Below are positions 43,847 to 55,396 of a DNA stretch of 64,000 nt, piece by piece. The DNA lies in NCBI GenBank assembly GCA_013416795.1, contig RQSC01000116.1, forward strand, positions 9,616-73,615, written 5' to 3'. The notes under the pieces are model-generated. The model was given only the letters and a program-made list of their open reading frames with translations, was not told where the DNA came from and made no database searches. Source of the stretch: Prasinococcaceae sp. CCMP 1430. Taxonomy: Eukaryota > Plantae > Prasinodermophyta. Numbering within the stretch: the first letter of the stretch is position 1; every line of letters begins with the position of its first letter. A program made the translations under genes and the position numbers.

Positions 43847-46800
43847 ATGGCCGAGGGTGCAGGGGAGGCGGGCAGCGAGGCCGAGCCGCTGCCAGCAGCC
43901 GAGACGGACGCGGCGCAGCCGCGCCCCAAGGCCGGGCGAGAGCACGCAGTGTCAGAAACAAGGCCAGCAGCAGAGCCGGCTGCGATTGTCGCAGCCGCGG
44001 AGGCGATGGTGGAGGCGAAGGTGGATGACGAGGAGGTGGCGACGGCGGGGCCAACGGTGGATCCGGAGACAGTGGCGGAGCCAAAGGCCGAGGCGGAGCT
44101 TCAGGCAGCGCCGGAGCCCAAGGCAGCAGCAGAAGAGCCCGAGGCAGCAACGGAGGAGCCTGAGGCAGCAGCGGAGGAGCCCGAGGCGGAGATCCAGGCA
44201 GCAGAAGAGCCCGAGGCAGCAGCGGAGGAGCCCGAGGCAGCAGCGGAGGTGCCCGAGGCAGCAGCGGCAGAGCCTGAGGCAGCAGCGGCAGAGCCTGAGG
44301 CAGCAGTGGCTGAGTCCGAGGCAGGGGCGGAGCTGGACATTGCAGCGGTTCCAGGACCAGAATCGGCACCGACGCCGGCACTGCAGCCGGAGCCGGCGTC
44401 GGAGCCGGAACCGGTGCCCGAGGCAGCCGCGGAGCCCGAGGTAGCAAGCGAATCGGCGTTCCGGCCACCACCCGTGTCTCTCAGTATGGGCTACCACGGC
44501 ACTGGTACCACTGCAGCCCCCTGTGGCGCGACCAAGAACCACCGCGCTGTCAATGCGAACGCCGACCAAGGCACCGTCGACCAGGAGGCTGGCGCAAGCC
44601 GAGACGACGAAGAGCGTGACGCGGATGCGCTTCGCCGACGCCAGGTGGCCGCAGCGACGCGCATCCAAGCGGCAGAGCGAGGTCGGAGAGCGCGCAAGAT
44701 CGTGGGACCGCAGGTGCTGAATGCACGCGCTGAGGCCGTGCGGCAGAGCCAGGCGGCGACGCGCATCCAGGCTGCAGCGCGCGGGCGCGCTGCGCGAAGA
44801 AAGGTGGCGGCGCTCAGAAATACGCGCGCCCGCGACTTCACAAGCGGCGAGGTCGCAGCCGCCGCTCGCATCCAACGACACTACCGAGGCCATCGAGCGC
44901 GCAAGGATGTCGCGAGACGACGGGAGGCGCGAGATAAGGCGAACGGACGACTGAGTGCACGCACCGAAGAGTCCGCGGCGATTCGGATCCAGCGGCACTA
45001 CCGAGGGCGCTTAGGCCGGCGAGAGGCCAAAGAGCGACTGCGGGCGCGCGAGGCCGAGACGAATGCCGCAATCCGCGAGCTCGACGACGCTGAGGCCGCA
45101 GCAATTCGCATACAGAAAGTGTATCGAGGCCACTGCGCCCGCCGCAACGCGTCCGATGTACGGGCGCGACGCCAGCGCGAGGCCGAAATTGATGCGGCGA
45201 CGAGGATACAGAGCAGATACCGGGGGCACACAGCACGGAGGAAAGCGCGGCAGACCCGGCGAGCAGACCAGGTGTCCATCGATGCCGAGGCGGGTGATGC
45301 TGATGACAGGGAGCTGGCAGAGGCGCTGGCAGCCGCGCGGGAGCATCGCAAGCGCGCAGCAGCTGTCGCAGGAAGTGTGCCATCGCCCACTCCGATACGC
45401 GAATTCGAGCTGCCGCAGCGAGAGTGGCGAAGGAGCCTGCTCAAGGATGCTTCCGACGACGCGGACCCGGCCTCCCCCGCCTTCTCATCGGAGCTCTCTG
45501 AAGAGGACGATGCTGCGCTGTTCGACATTGGCGATGACGCCGAGGACGACGACAATACGGCCGTGGAGAAGGTGCTCAACGCGCTGCTCAGCGACGCGAG
45601 GGCGTACGCCGCAGAGGAGAGTCTCGAGGGCGCGTCGGCCATCAAGCGGGGGCACATGCCGAGGGCCCCGCCGCTACGAGCCCCTTCCCAAATCAAAGCG
45701 GCGGCACCGCTCGAGCTCAATGCAGTCGACTCGATGGCGATGCCGGGGCTCACGACAGCACTGAGCCCTGGCAGACCTACATGGATCCGACCTGAAGCTC
45801 TGGACACGGTGGCGCTGCACCTCGACGACTCGATGGGATCCCCCTCACCGGGCAGCAGCTTTGCCCTATCCCCGGGGGCACTCGTATCCCCCGATTTTAT
45901 CCACCCCAGCGGAGGCTTGCTGAGCGAAGACGATCGCACGTCGCCGGTGGGTGTGAGCCTCTCGCCACCCCACAGGCGACGGCCGAACGCGAGTCCCGAC
46001 CGATACGCTGGCGTTTTTTCCGACGCAGAAGAGGATGACTACGCCTACGAGCAGGCGCACCAAGCGGGCGGCGGCGCCGCCGAAGTACATGCGTCGTGGT
46101 TGTACGCTCGTGGTGCAGCGCCCGACGCACCCTCGCTCTCACCCCGCTCGCGAGCTGGGCCTCTGCCCGTGCGGAGAACGCCGGGCAGCAACCGCGGGAG
46201 GAGCCCCGAGTGGAGATCGGCCAAGATGGGCGTGGAGAGCGAAATGCCACGACGCCGCCCCTTGAAGAGATCGAACAACGGCGTCGATGGAGGTCCTGCC
46301 GGCGGCGGCTTGGGGAAAAGGATTTCTCCACGCCGGTCAAAGCGCCTGGATTCACTGCGTAAGCCATGCGCGCGGCGGCGTTCAAGCGAGTACGGCGACG
46401 TCAGAAGGGGTCAGGGTCAGAATGTTCGCACGAGGCTCGTGCCTCTTGACGACGATCCTGACGTGGAGGACGGTGATACCTTCAACAAAGTCAGGCGCGA
46501 GGCTGCGGAGCTCAGAGCGCGCAAGGCTCGGCGCGAGGCAGCAGCTGCGGCGGCTGAAGCGCGCCAAGCAGCTGCAGAGGAGCGCGTGCGTAGAGCCATC
46601 GAGGAGGAGGAGAGGGAGCGCCGCAAGCAGAAGCTCGCAGCACGATGGGAGGCCCAGGAGGAGGCAGCTGCTCGGAGGCAGTTCGCGTTCGAGGTCCTCC
46701 AGGCCAAGGAAGCCCAGCAGAAGAGAAGGGCCGAGGTGCCCCTCTACAAGCGCATGCAGAAGAGTGCCCAGAGAGCTGAGGCTAGAGACGCCGAGCGACG

Positions 46801-48195
46801 ACGGCAGCAGCTCGAGCAGCGCAAGAGGCGATTTGCGCCTGTTGACTTGCACGAGATAATGCATGCCGACGACGAGGTTGCCGACAGCATGCGTGAGAGA
46901 TCACTGCAGCGACGTGAGGAGTATGTAGACCGAAGTTGGAGGCACGAGATGCCGCCCGAAGGAAGGCATCCGCACCCAGCGCAGCGTCTTCGGCAGAACG
47001 GTCAGAACATGCCCCCGATTGCCCCTCGCCAGCTTGTGCATGTCGGCGGCCCGCCCATGGCGGCCCCTGCGCGATCATCCGCGGCCTCTCATCACAGAAC
47101 AAGCGCCACCGCGCATGCTCGCAATGCGTTCAAGCGCGCTGGCGAGGTGAACGGGGTGGTGGCCCCTCCGTGGCGGCCGCCGCCGCGCGAGCCTTCGCCT
47201 CAGGAGCCGCGGTACGAGTATTATGACAGCGAGGAAGACGCCTACGGGGGCGGCCACGACTACAGTCAGTACAGGCCCAAGCAAGCCATTGACGTTGGGC
47301 AGCAGGTACGTGCTCTTCCGCAAAGAGGGCTCACTTGCTCTGATAGCCGCCACTGCCCGCTAACGCGTTTGTGCCGTCACGCGTGATCCGATGTTGCGCG
47401 CGAGTGCAGTTTTACCGTGGCAAGGCTTTCGAGCGCGCCATGGCGAAGGACCGCGAGGCAAAAGAGCGCGTGGATGCTGAGCTTGCGGCAAGGAAGGAGC
47501 GCCTCATCCGCATGAAGCAGTACAACGGCCACGTGCGAGATCTCTTTATGCCTGCAGCGAAGCCGCGCCGACCGCCCAAGCCTGAGCGCAAGGCGCCGCC
47601 TAAGCCGAAGTACGCGCGCAGCTATATCGCTGACATCTTCGGCAGGAAGGATGTGCCAAAGCGGATGCCGAGACTCCTGGGACCCCACGGACGCGACAGC
47701 GTTGGATCCTCGAGGAACGTGGCAGATACGCGCCGTGGCGCCCTCCACGGCGACGGTTCGAGGCTGCCAGACATTTGCGTATCGCGCGGGGTCGGAGGAA
47801 ACGCGAACGCATACTCGCACCGCAGGCAGGGCGGCGCGGACGAAAGCAGGGCAAGGCCAAGGACATACGCAGCGCCCCAGCACACGCACGCCCCCGTCGC
47901 CCAGACGGGCTCAAACAGCGACCCCGAGCCAGCGCGGCTGCCAAACGTCGGCTATGCGCGCTCCATCTCGCGCCGCAACCCGCACCGCAAGCCGCCGCCG
48001 CAGCGGCAGCAGCTGCACGAGCACTTGCAACCCGAGCACCGCTCGCCACGCCAGCCGGCGGTCACGCGCACGCGGCTGGTGCACGCTGCGCGCGACCTTG
48101 AAGGCACAGCCAGGGGTGCGGTGACCAAGGACGAGAAGGTCGACCTCCTCACCGACGCTATCAGAGTCAAGCTTGCGGCGCTCGAGATGCTGTGA
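43847..48195 (+). CDS. Large multi-IQ calmodulin-binding protein; intron 47306-47409
   Basis: Six AAxRIQxxxRGxxxR motifs, acidic repeat N-terminus, coiled coils. Confidence 0.8.
44110..44320 (+). repeat. 21-nt coding tandem repeat (EPEAAAE)n
   Basis: About 8-9 copies of gagcccgaggcagcagcggag. Confidence 0.85.
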
Positions 48196-48304
48196 CCCGG
48201 CGCCCTGGACTCTCTCGCGTGGACGCGCGCACGCGCACGAGTGCACTTCCCCTCGCTCCCACCAAATCCCCATGTAACATTACTTTGTACGTTGCCAACA
48301 ACCA

Positions 48305-49282
48305 TCATTGCATGAACTTGTTGGGGGGCGGAAAGGCAGCAGCAGGGGCAGCCGCCTCCTTGCCACCGGCAGGCGGTCCCGGCACGAGTATCTCTGTCTT
48401 CTTGCTCCTGATCTTCAGCCAGCGAACGACCTCGTCGGGGTCCCTGTACAGCGTGGGGTTGGGCGACTTTCCACGCGCCTCGAGCTCCGCCCAGCTCTCC
48501 TCGCGCTCGGTGCATTCGCGCACGACGCGGCCGCCGAAGGTCGCCATGACGCGTGCCTCGCGCAAGCGCAGAAGCACGCCGTCGACGCGAAGCCAGAAGC
48601 GGAAGAGCACGAACCAGCACGTGGGCATCACGCGCACCTTGACGGAGGCAATCGTCACGCCGTTGTCGTCAAGCTCGTCCTCGTATAGCACCGCCTCGTG
48701 AAAGAAGAGGATCGGATCGCGCCGCGTGAGCATGGCCATGTCGAGCCCCGGCCCTCCCTCCTCCCAGCGGTGCGAGGCGCCCTCGCCACGCTCTCCGCCG
48801 CTGCTGCTCTCTCCGTCCGCGCTCTCGCGCGCGATACCCACAGCATCGCGTGTGCCCTCGTTGCTGACGATCTCGCCCGTGTAGGTGGTTGAGAACGTCC
48901 AGTCGTACTCTTCCGCCGTCGTGCCTAGCCTCTCGATGGTTGCCGCGCGTGTGGCGCTCCACGATGCTGCGACGGCGACGCGCAGCGGTGGCGCTCGCGC
49001 GGCCGCCCAAGCGCGCAGTGCGCCACGAGCGTCGAAGCGCAATGTGAGAGCCCCGTCGCCGTGCGTGAGCTCCAGCGCGTTGTCACCGAAGAGCATGCAG
49101 GGCAATTGACCCACGCCAAGCTCGCGCTCCCACTCGGCGCGCTGTGCTGTCGCCAGGATGGCGCCTTTGCGCGCGCGCACCACCCAGCCGCCCGCAGAGG
49201 CGCACTCCTCGCGCGGCCGCGACAGCGCGGAGAACGCGGCGGGCGTCTCCACGATCGCCTGCGGCGGCGAGGGTGGCGCCAT
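48305..49282 (-). CDS. TIP41: TIP41-like protein
   Basis: LPCMLFGDN, YDWTFSTTYTG, PILFF..LYEDELDDNG..VKVRVMPTCWFVLFRFWLRVDGVL. Confidence 0.93.
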   Translation of the reverse strand: MAPPSPPQAIVETPAAFSALSRPREECASAGGWVVRARKGAILATAQRAEWERELGVGQLPCMLFGDNALELTHGDGALTLRFDARGALRAWAAARAPPLRVAVAASWSATRAATIERLGTTAEEYDWTFSTTYTGEIVSNEGTRDAVGIARESADGESSSGGERGEGASHRWEEGGPGLDMAMLTRRDPILFFHEAVLYEDELDDNGVTIASVKVRVMPTCWFVLFRFWLRVDGVLLRLREARVMATFGGRVVRECTEREESWAELEARGKSPNPTLYRDPDEVVRWLKIRSKKTEILVPGPPAGGKEAAAPAAAFPPPNKFMQ

Positions 49283-49421
49283 CACGGCGGACGTGGTGGC
49301 GCGCGCACCGCGCGTGTGTTCGTGGATTGGCGGGCGGGTGCTGCGCGGCGCGCGCAGAGTGGCCCGTTGAGTGCACGTGATTCCATGCGCTCTTTCGCGC
49401 AGCAGGGGCTGCCACTCGCGC

Positions 49422-50933
49422 ATGGCCTCGCGGAGCACAGAGATGACGGCCGCGTCGATGGCCTGGTCGGCGTCCGCGGTGGCCACTCCCGCCGCGCGCA
49501 AGCGCGCCGCCGCGCAACGCGCGCCGCGCGCCGCACGTGCATGCGCGCGCGGCAGCGGGGGGGGCAGCGGCGGGGGCGCGCCACCGGCCTGCGCGGTAGT
49601 GTTTGCAGCTGGGGGCACAGGCGGCCATGTGTACCCAGCGATCGCCGTTGCCGACGAGCTCGTGCGGCGCGACATGGGCGTGCGCCCACTCTTTGTGGGC
49701 ACCGCGGGTCGCCTCGAGAGCAACGCAGCGCCGCGCGCGGGCTACGACTTCTCGGCACTCCCAGCGGTTGCGCTTCCGCGCGGGCGGAGCGTAGGCACTC
49801 TGCTCGCCCTGGCAGCCCTCCCCCTGCGGCTAGCGTATGCCGTTGCGCGCGCCCTGGTGCTGCTGCTGGGCGTTCGGCCCGCGTGCGTCGTCGGCACCGG
49901 CGGGTACGTGTGTTTGCCCGCGTGCCTGGCAGCCTGGGTGCTGCGCGTCCCGCTTGTGGTGCTGGAGAGCAATGCGCGTGCGGGCGCAGCCAACAGGCTG
50001 CTCTCGCGCTTCGCCGCTGTGGTGGGCGTGGCGTTCGAAGGAGCCACGCAGTCGCTGGCGGCCAGTGCGCGGTGTGAGCTCGTCGGAAACCCGACCCGTG
50101 CCGCGCTCGTACCAGCTGTCACTCGTGAAGCGAGGGCAGACGCGCGCGCGAGGCTGCTGCAGCCGGCTGGCCCTGCGCTGTCCGCGTCTGGCGAACCACA
50201 CGTGCTGCTCGTGCTCGGCGGCTCGCAAGGCGCCGGCGCGATCAACGACGCCGTAGAGGCGGCGCTTCCGATGCTACTTGAAGAAGACCAGTCGCTGCAT
50301 ATCGTCTGGCAGTGCGGTGCGTTGACGGAGTGTTGCGACGCGCTTCGGCACTCGCGCACGCGCCCTGCGTGCGAGGCTGCCGGCGCGAGGAGCTGACGCG
50401 TACACGCTCCGCTACACGAACGCGCAACATGCATGCTTGACCCGCCAGGCGCCACGTACGAGGAAGCCCTGCGTTCACGTGTGCAGCCCGAGCGCTTTCA
50501 CGGGCGCGTGCTCCTTACACCTTTCGTGCACGACATGCAAGCAGCCTACTCTGCGGCGGACGTGGTGGTGGCGCGTGCGGGCGCCATCACGTGCTCCGAG
50601 CTCGCGGCGACCGCCTCTGCGGCAGTGCTCGTGCCCTCCCCGAACGTCACGGACGACCATCAGACTGCCAATGCGAGAGCCATGGCGCAACGTGGCGCGG
50701 CCGTGCTTCTTCGCGAGGGCGAGCTGGGCGGCGCTAAGCGCGGCGATGGCCTTGCGCGCGAGGTCTCGCGCCTCCTCAGCGACCAAGGCGCTCGGCGAAG
50801 GCTCCGCGAGGCTGCTGGTCGCATGGGCGCAGACGCAGCAAGCGCGAGTGAAAAGGTGGCAGACATCGTCATCGAGCTCGCGGGTGCGAGCTGTGGCGGC
50901 ACTGCTACTGCTACCATGGCAAGCTCATTGTGA
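49422..50933 (+). CDS. murG: MurG N-acetylglucosaminyltransferase with transit-peptide-like leader; intron 50317-50448
   Basis: AAGGTGGHVYP, VGTGGYV, ESNARAGAANR, VGNPTR, LGGSQGA, ARAGAITCSEL, VPSP..DDHQTANA. Confidence 0.93.
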
Positions 50934-50974
50934 TGTATCGTATACTTATTGTACATTCGCGTCCGCGCGCTTCA

Positions 50975-53371
50975 TCAGAAGCGCGGCGTGTTGATGCTCT
51001 CAAAGTCGGACTCGTACTCAATTTCCGAGATGTCGCTCGCCACGTGCGCGGTCGGCCCCGCGTCGAAGGCAGGCACTGCAAAAGAGCTATCCTCGGACGA
51101 GGTATCAGCCTCCATGTGCACGTCGAGCGCGCCAAAGTCGGCCGTCTCCGTTTGGTCAGCGTCTGGCTCCTGCACCGGCAACGCTTGCGCCTGAGGGCCG
51201 AGTACAGAGGTCTCCTCGCTGGCATCATTAACGTCGGGCTTTGATGCCTCGACAGCAAGCTGTGCCATCCAGCCTGGAACATAGCCACCCGACTCAGCGC
51301 TCTCATCCGAATCCATGATCGCGTCTGTAGCGTCCATGTCTGCGGCCCCGTTTTCCTCTTCAAGCTGCTGCTTGAAGTCGTCATCGCTGTCATCCATTGC
51401 CGAGACTTCGACAACAGGTGGTATGGGCTCCGTAGATGAGTTACCCCCCTCCTCTGCGGGGTGTTCTGGGCGCCCCTGCTCTACCGCGGACCTGGTTGCC
51501 CTTGCGTGGAAAGCAGGCTGTAACTTCGAAGTGGTAGCTTGGATCTCCTCCTCTATCTTCTGCCGCCGCGCTTCTTCGGCGGCCTGAGCGTCGATGTCGG
51601 CTCGCCGCTGGGCCTCAGCCTCCGCATGCCGCTGTGCGTCGGCCTCAGCCTGTTGTCGGGCCTCCGCTTCAACCTGCCGTAGGGCTTCCGCCTCGGCTTC
51701 GGCCTTGGCCTCAGCCTCAGCCTCGGCCTGCCGTTGGGCGTCGGCCTCGGCCTGCCGTTTCCGCTCGCGCATTTCCTCAACCTGCTTCTTGGCAGCACGC
51801 GCGCGGAAGGCAGACTGAAGCTTCACCGTGGCAGTGTCCATCTCGGCCTTCTCACGCTCCTCCTCGGCCCTCTTCCGTTCCTCGCGCTGTCGCTCCTGCT
51901 CCTGCCTGCGCTTTCCCTCTTCGGCCAGCTTTTCCGCCGCCCTCGCTCGGAAGGCCACTTGCATTTTGGTAGCGGCGGCACTCATTTCTTCGAGCTCGGC
52001 CGAGCTGCCCCCCGCTGCGACAAGCGTAGGATCCTCCTCTTCCTCAGTGGCAGCGTCTGTGCGAGCACCAGCGCCCACATGCACGTCCCGAGCAGACGGC
52101 CTTGGCGTGAGGAGCTCAACAGCGTTATCTGGATGCAGGGCCTCAGCAGCAAGACGAGGCACGGGTGCCCCTGACATCGATGGGCCAGCGTCGTTGGCAT
52201 CCTCCTCTCCATCGCTCGCCTTGCTGTGCTCGTGAGATGGGCCACCACCATCGGCGCCTGCGCCTGCACAGACAGGGCTAAGCGCCTTTGCGACTCCCTC
52301 GGCGACCTCAGGGTGCTGGTGTGATGGCATGTCAGCCGCGCGCTCGTCACCCGCGGAGCCGTTCTTGTTGGCGCTCTCGATTGGCAGTTCTCGTGCTGAT
52401 TGGTGTTTGGTTCCGGTCGACGAGAGGATGTTTCGGCGATGCTCGCGCGCGATAGCGGCGACCTCTGACGCTCCTGCCTTAGCAGCAACAAGATGATCGC
52501 TCCCTGTACCTGCACCTGCACGCGCGACGACAGTAATTTCAGGGTAGCGCCGCTTGATGTGCGCGCTGTCGTTGCGTCCAATGAGAGACCCCAAGATAAG
52601 CACGGCTGCCGGAGGGCACACCTCCCGCTCGAAGACGTACATCTCGTCCGAGCCCAATGGGAAGTCCTGCAAGGCGACGTAGCTCAGCTTGCTAGTAGCG
52701 ATCTCCGTGCGCAAGAACTGCAACTTAAGGGCCAGCGGGATCAGCTGGCCCGACAGAATCAACTGATAGCACCGGCGGCCCAAAGGCGTGCCCGCATCCA
52801 CCTCCGTCTCAACGAGCGTGTCCAATGACAGCGTCGTGAAGCCCCCGCGTTCGAGCGCCTCCTCAGCCGCCAGGCGCACGTTGCGCCGACCATTGCCCAC
52901 CAGCCACACAATGGAGACACTGCGGAGACGGCCTCGCGGGACTGGTGGCTGTTTGCCACTTGGTGAAGAATTCGGCTGTTCGGGCGCATCGGAGGGCGAG
53001 CGTGCAGCGAGCTCGAGCTTTGCGTCCTCGCCCCACCTTAAGGCTTTGCTAGGGGTTCTCCTTTCAACATACGCTGTTGGTGACGCCCTCTCCGGAGTCG
53101 TGTGTGGCGCGGTGGGTGCGCTGACCACGCCGTCAGACGGAGCGTCCACGCGGTTGCGTGCACGCGACAGCCGCTCGTCATCGTTTGCGCGCGTGGCCGC
53201 CGTCATCTCCGACTGTTTAGCCCCACGGTGAGACGGTGCCGTCGAAACGGGCGACGGGCGGGTGCTGCTTGGCGCCGGTGGACGTTCCCGCAGGGGGGAT
53301 GAACGAGTGCTCCATCCCTCAGAGCGCCCCGAGGGCCTCAACCTCGCTGGTGACTTGGGCGGCAAGCCCAT
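50975..53371 (-). CDS. Protein with degenerate adenylate-kinase-like domain and IQ-like motifs; may be the 3' part of the TPR gene
   Basis: FTTLSLDTLVETEVDAGTPLG..SGQLIP..LQDFP..FEREV; AATKMQVAFRA and ATVKLQSAFRA. Confidence 0.65.
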   Translation of the reverse strand: MGLPPKSPARLRPSGRSEGWSTRSSPLRERPPAPSSTRPSPVSTAPSHRGAKQSEMTAATRANDDERLSRARNRVDAPSDGVVSAPTAPHTTPERASPTAYVERRTPSKALRWGEDAKLELAARSPSDAPEQPNSSPSGKQPPVPRGRLRSVSIVWLVGNGRRNVRLAAEEALERGGFTTLSLDTLVETEVDAGTPLGRRCYQLILSGQLIPLALKLQFLRTEIATSKLSYVALQDFPLGSDEMYVFEREVCPPAAVLILGSLIGRNDSAHIKRRYPEITVVARAGAGTGSDHLVAAKAGASEVAAIAREHRRNILSSTGTKHQSARELPIESANKNGSAGDERAADMPSHQHPEVAEGVAKALSPVCAGAGADGGGPSHEHSKASDGEEDANDAGPSMSGAPVPRLAAEALHPDNAVELLTPRPSARDVHVGAGARTDAATEEEEDPTLVAAGGSSAELEEMSAAATKMQVAFRARAAEKLAEEGKRRQEQERQREERKRAEEEREKAEMDTATVKLQSAFRARAAKKQVEEMRERKRQAEADAQRQAEAEAEAKAEAEAEALRQVEAEARQQAEADAQRHAEAEAQRRADIDAQAAEEARRQKIEEEIQATTSKLQPAFHARATRSAVEQGRPEHPAEEGGNSSTEPIPPVVEVSAMDDSDDDFKQQLEEENGAADMDATDAIMDSDESAESGGYVPGWMAQLAVEASKPDVNDASEETSVLGPQAQALPVQEPDADQTETADFGALDVHMEADTSSEDSSFAVPAFDAGPTAHVASDISEIEYESDFESINTPRF

Positions 53372-53422
53372 TGGGTCGTACCCCTGCCGAGCGGAAGCAC
53401 TGGTGGGGCGCTGCCTGGTAGG

Positions 53423-55396
53423 TCACGTGCGCGCGCCCAGTCTCGAGCGAGCGAAAGGCGCCGATCCACTCGGTCGCGCGGATGGCGAAAGTGAAGCGGC
53501 TGCAGCGGCAGCCTCAGCGACCCTCGCTGCGTTGACAGCCGCTGCGGCCGCGCGCGCGGCCTCCTCGGCGGCCTGCGCAGCGTTGTCGTACCGTTGATTT
53601 GCATGAGAATTCAGACGGTGCGACGACGCCTCCGTGCTCATCATGTATCGCGGCTGAGCGGACCTCTCCCCCCTGCCACGGCCAAACTTGGCGCGCGCGG
53701 ATGCGGGGTGCGCGCGCCGCGCAAACGAGTGGCCGCCCTCAGATCGCTTAGTTTGATCGCCTACGTACGCCATCGCCGTCTCTTCCGTGAAGTCGTGCGA
53801 ATGCGAGCGGGTGGCCCGCCCAGGCATCCTATTTGCTCGTACCCCGATCGAGCCCTGTGAGTGTGACTCGGGCAGGCGCGCCGAGTGCGTGCCACGACTT
53901 TGAGTGTAGTTCCCACGCACAGTGGAGGACGCTTGCCGCGCAGAGACAGGCCGCCTGCGTTGCGCCGCCGCCGTCGCTGCCGCCGCCCGCTCACGTGCGA
54001 GTATTGCTCGGTCCTCCGCCCCGGATATGCGGGCCCTGCCACGCGGATCGACTTTCACGTCATCATTCCAGAAGCGTTGGCCGCGCGTGAAATGCACACG
54101 CCGCTCGACCCTCGCCGCGGCTCGTGGTGCACGACCACTGCTGAGCACGTGATAGTCATCTTCGTAGTCATCGGTATCTTCGGGGATGAGGTCGTCGTCG
54201 TAGTCGTCGTAGTCGTCCGTGTACGCGTTGGAACGTGCGCCTCGCGCTCCGCCGCCGCCGCGAAATGCCACGTGGACGCTCGCCCCTGCCCGGCCCCGGT
54301 TCGTAGATTCAACCCGTGCAGCAGAGCTCGCCGTGTGCGCCGACCAAGGACGCGATTTGTTCTGCCTGCGCGAAGGCCTGGCTGTGCTGCTGCCGCTGCC
54401 GCTACCGCCGGCAGTCGACGCGCTGGCAGGTCCGCGCGTGGACCTGCCCATGGTCTTCTGTTTCGAGGTCGTGTGCGCTCTTTCGAATGCCGCGCGATTC
54501 TTGCGCAGCGCGGTGGCCATCGGCGCGCCATACCCCCACACCTCGTCCCCAAGCTCCACGGCGCGATCGTAAGCATCGGCAGCTTCATCGATTTCGCCAA
54601 GGTGCTCGTGCTCTACGGCGAGGTTGTGGAATGCGATAGCCATCATGCTCTCGATGGCGGCCGTCGCGGCTGCAGCAGCCTCGTCCACTTCGCCATCCGG
54701 GCAGGCCTCGTAGTGCATCTTAGCCTCGTTCTCCACATGTTGGGTGCGCAGTAGGCCGATGGCAGCGGCGGCGTGCTCCGCCGCATCGGCGTGCTGTCCG
54801 AGCTCGGAGAGCGTCGCGCAGACGTTCAGGTGCGTCCCGGCGGGATTTTCCACCGCGTCTGGGAAGTCGCGCTCGACGTCGAGCGCGCATCGCAGGTAGC
54901 GCAGCGCCGAGCGCGGCCGCTCGTAGCGCTTGTAGAAGCAGCCGAGGTTGTTGAAGGTCACTCCCTGCAGCCTCGCGCGCGACGCCGCGAGCGGCACAGC
55001 AAGCTCGCCCTCCGCGAGCACCTCCGCCTTACGCAGCAGTGCGAGGGCGCGCTCAAAGTCTTCGCCCTCGACGAGCCGCATCGCCAGCGCGTTGTACGCC
55101 AGGCACAGCTCCTCAGCACGCTGACCGACGGCTACTGACGGCGCGCCGTGCGCCTCGGACGCGAGCGCGAGTGCGTGCTCCTGCCAGCCGACGGCGTCGG
55201 CATGGCGCCCGCGGGAGCGGCAGGCCGCTGCGTGCGCGTCAGCCTCGCGCAGCTCAATCGCTGCGCGCACGCTGGCGCTGCTGCGCCCCGCCCTCAGGCT
55301 GCCCGCGCTGTGCTCCGCCTTTACAGCACCCTCGCCCTCGCCCTCGCCCACCCCGACCTCGCCATCGTCGGGCCCCTCCTCCGCCAGCGGCTCCAT
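53423..55396 (-). CDS. TPR-repeat protein with RPxSA-rich tail
   Basis: YNALAM..ALALLRKAE, VTFNNLGCFYKR, THLNVCATLSELGQH, AIAFHNLAVEHEHLG. Confidence 0.8.
   Translation of the reverse strand: MEPLAEEGPDDGEVGVGEGEGEGAVKAEHSAGSLRAGRSSASVRAAIELREADAHAAACRSRGRHADAVGWQEHALALASEAHGAPSVAVGQRAEELCLAYNALAMRLVEGEDFERALALLRKAEVLAEGELAVPLAASRARLQGVTFNNLGCFYKRYERPRSALRYLRCALDVERDFPDAVENPAGTHLNVCATLSELGQHADAAEHAAAAIGLLRTQHVENEAKMHYEACPDGEVDEAAAAATAAIESMMAIAFHNLAVEHEHLGEIDEAADAYDRAVELGDEVWGYGAPMATALRKNRAAFERAHTTSKQKTMGRSTRGPASASTAGGSGSGSSTARPSRRQNKSRPWSAHTASSAARVESTNRGRAGASVHVAFRGGGGARGARSNAYTDDYDDYDDDLIPEDTDDYEDDYHVLSSGRAPRAAARVERRVHFTRGQRFWNDDVKVDPRGRARISGAEDRAILARERAAAATAAAQRRRPVSARQASSTVRGNYTQSRGTHSARLPESHSQGSIGVRANRMPGRATRSHSHDFTEETAMAYVGDQTKRSEGGHSFARRAHPASARAKFGRGRGERSAQPRYMMSTEASSHRLNSHANQRYDNAAQAAEEAARAAAAAVNAARVAEAAAAAASLSPSARPSGSAPFARSRLGART

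Noticed and set aside
44110-44320. Tandem repeats (also 26075-26185 and 62975-63115) as CRISPR-like arrays
   Set aside because: In-frame coding repeats with no unique spacers in a eukaryotic context
49422-50933. Bacterial contamination or a prokaryotic operon (murG, galE, yrdC, moaC)
   Set aside because: murG, yrdC and moaC carry spliceosomal introns and targeting leaders, and all four are interleaved with eukaryote-specific genes
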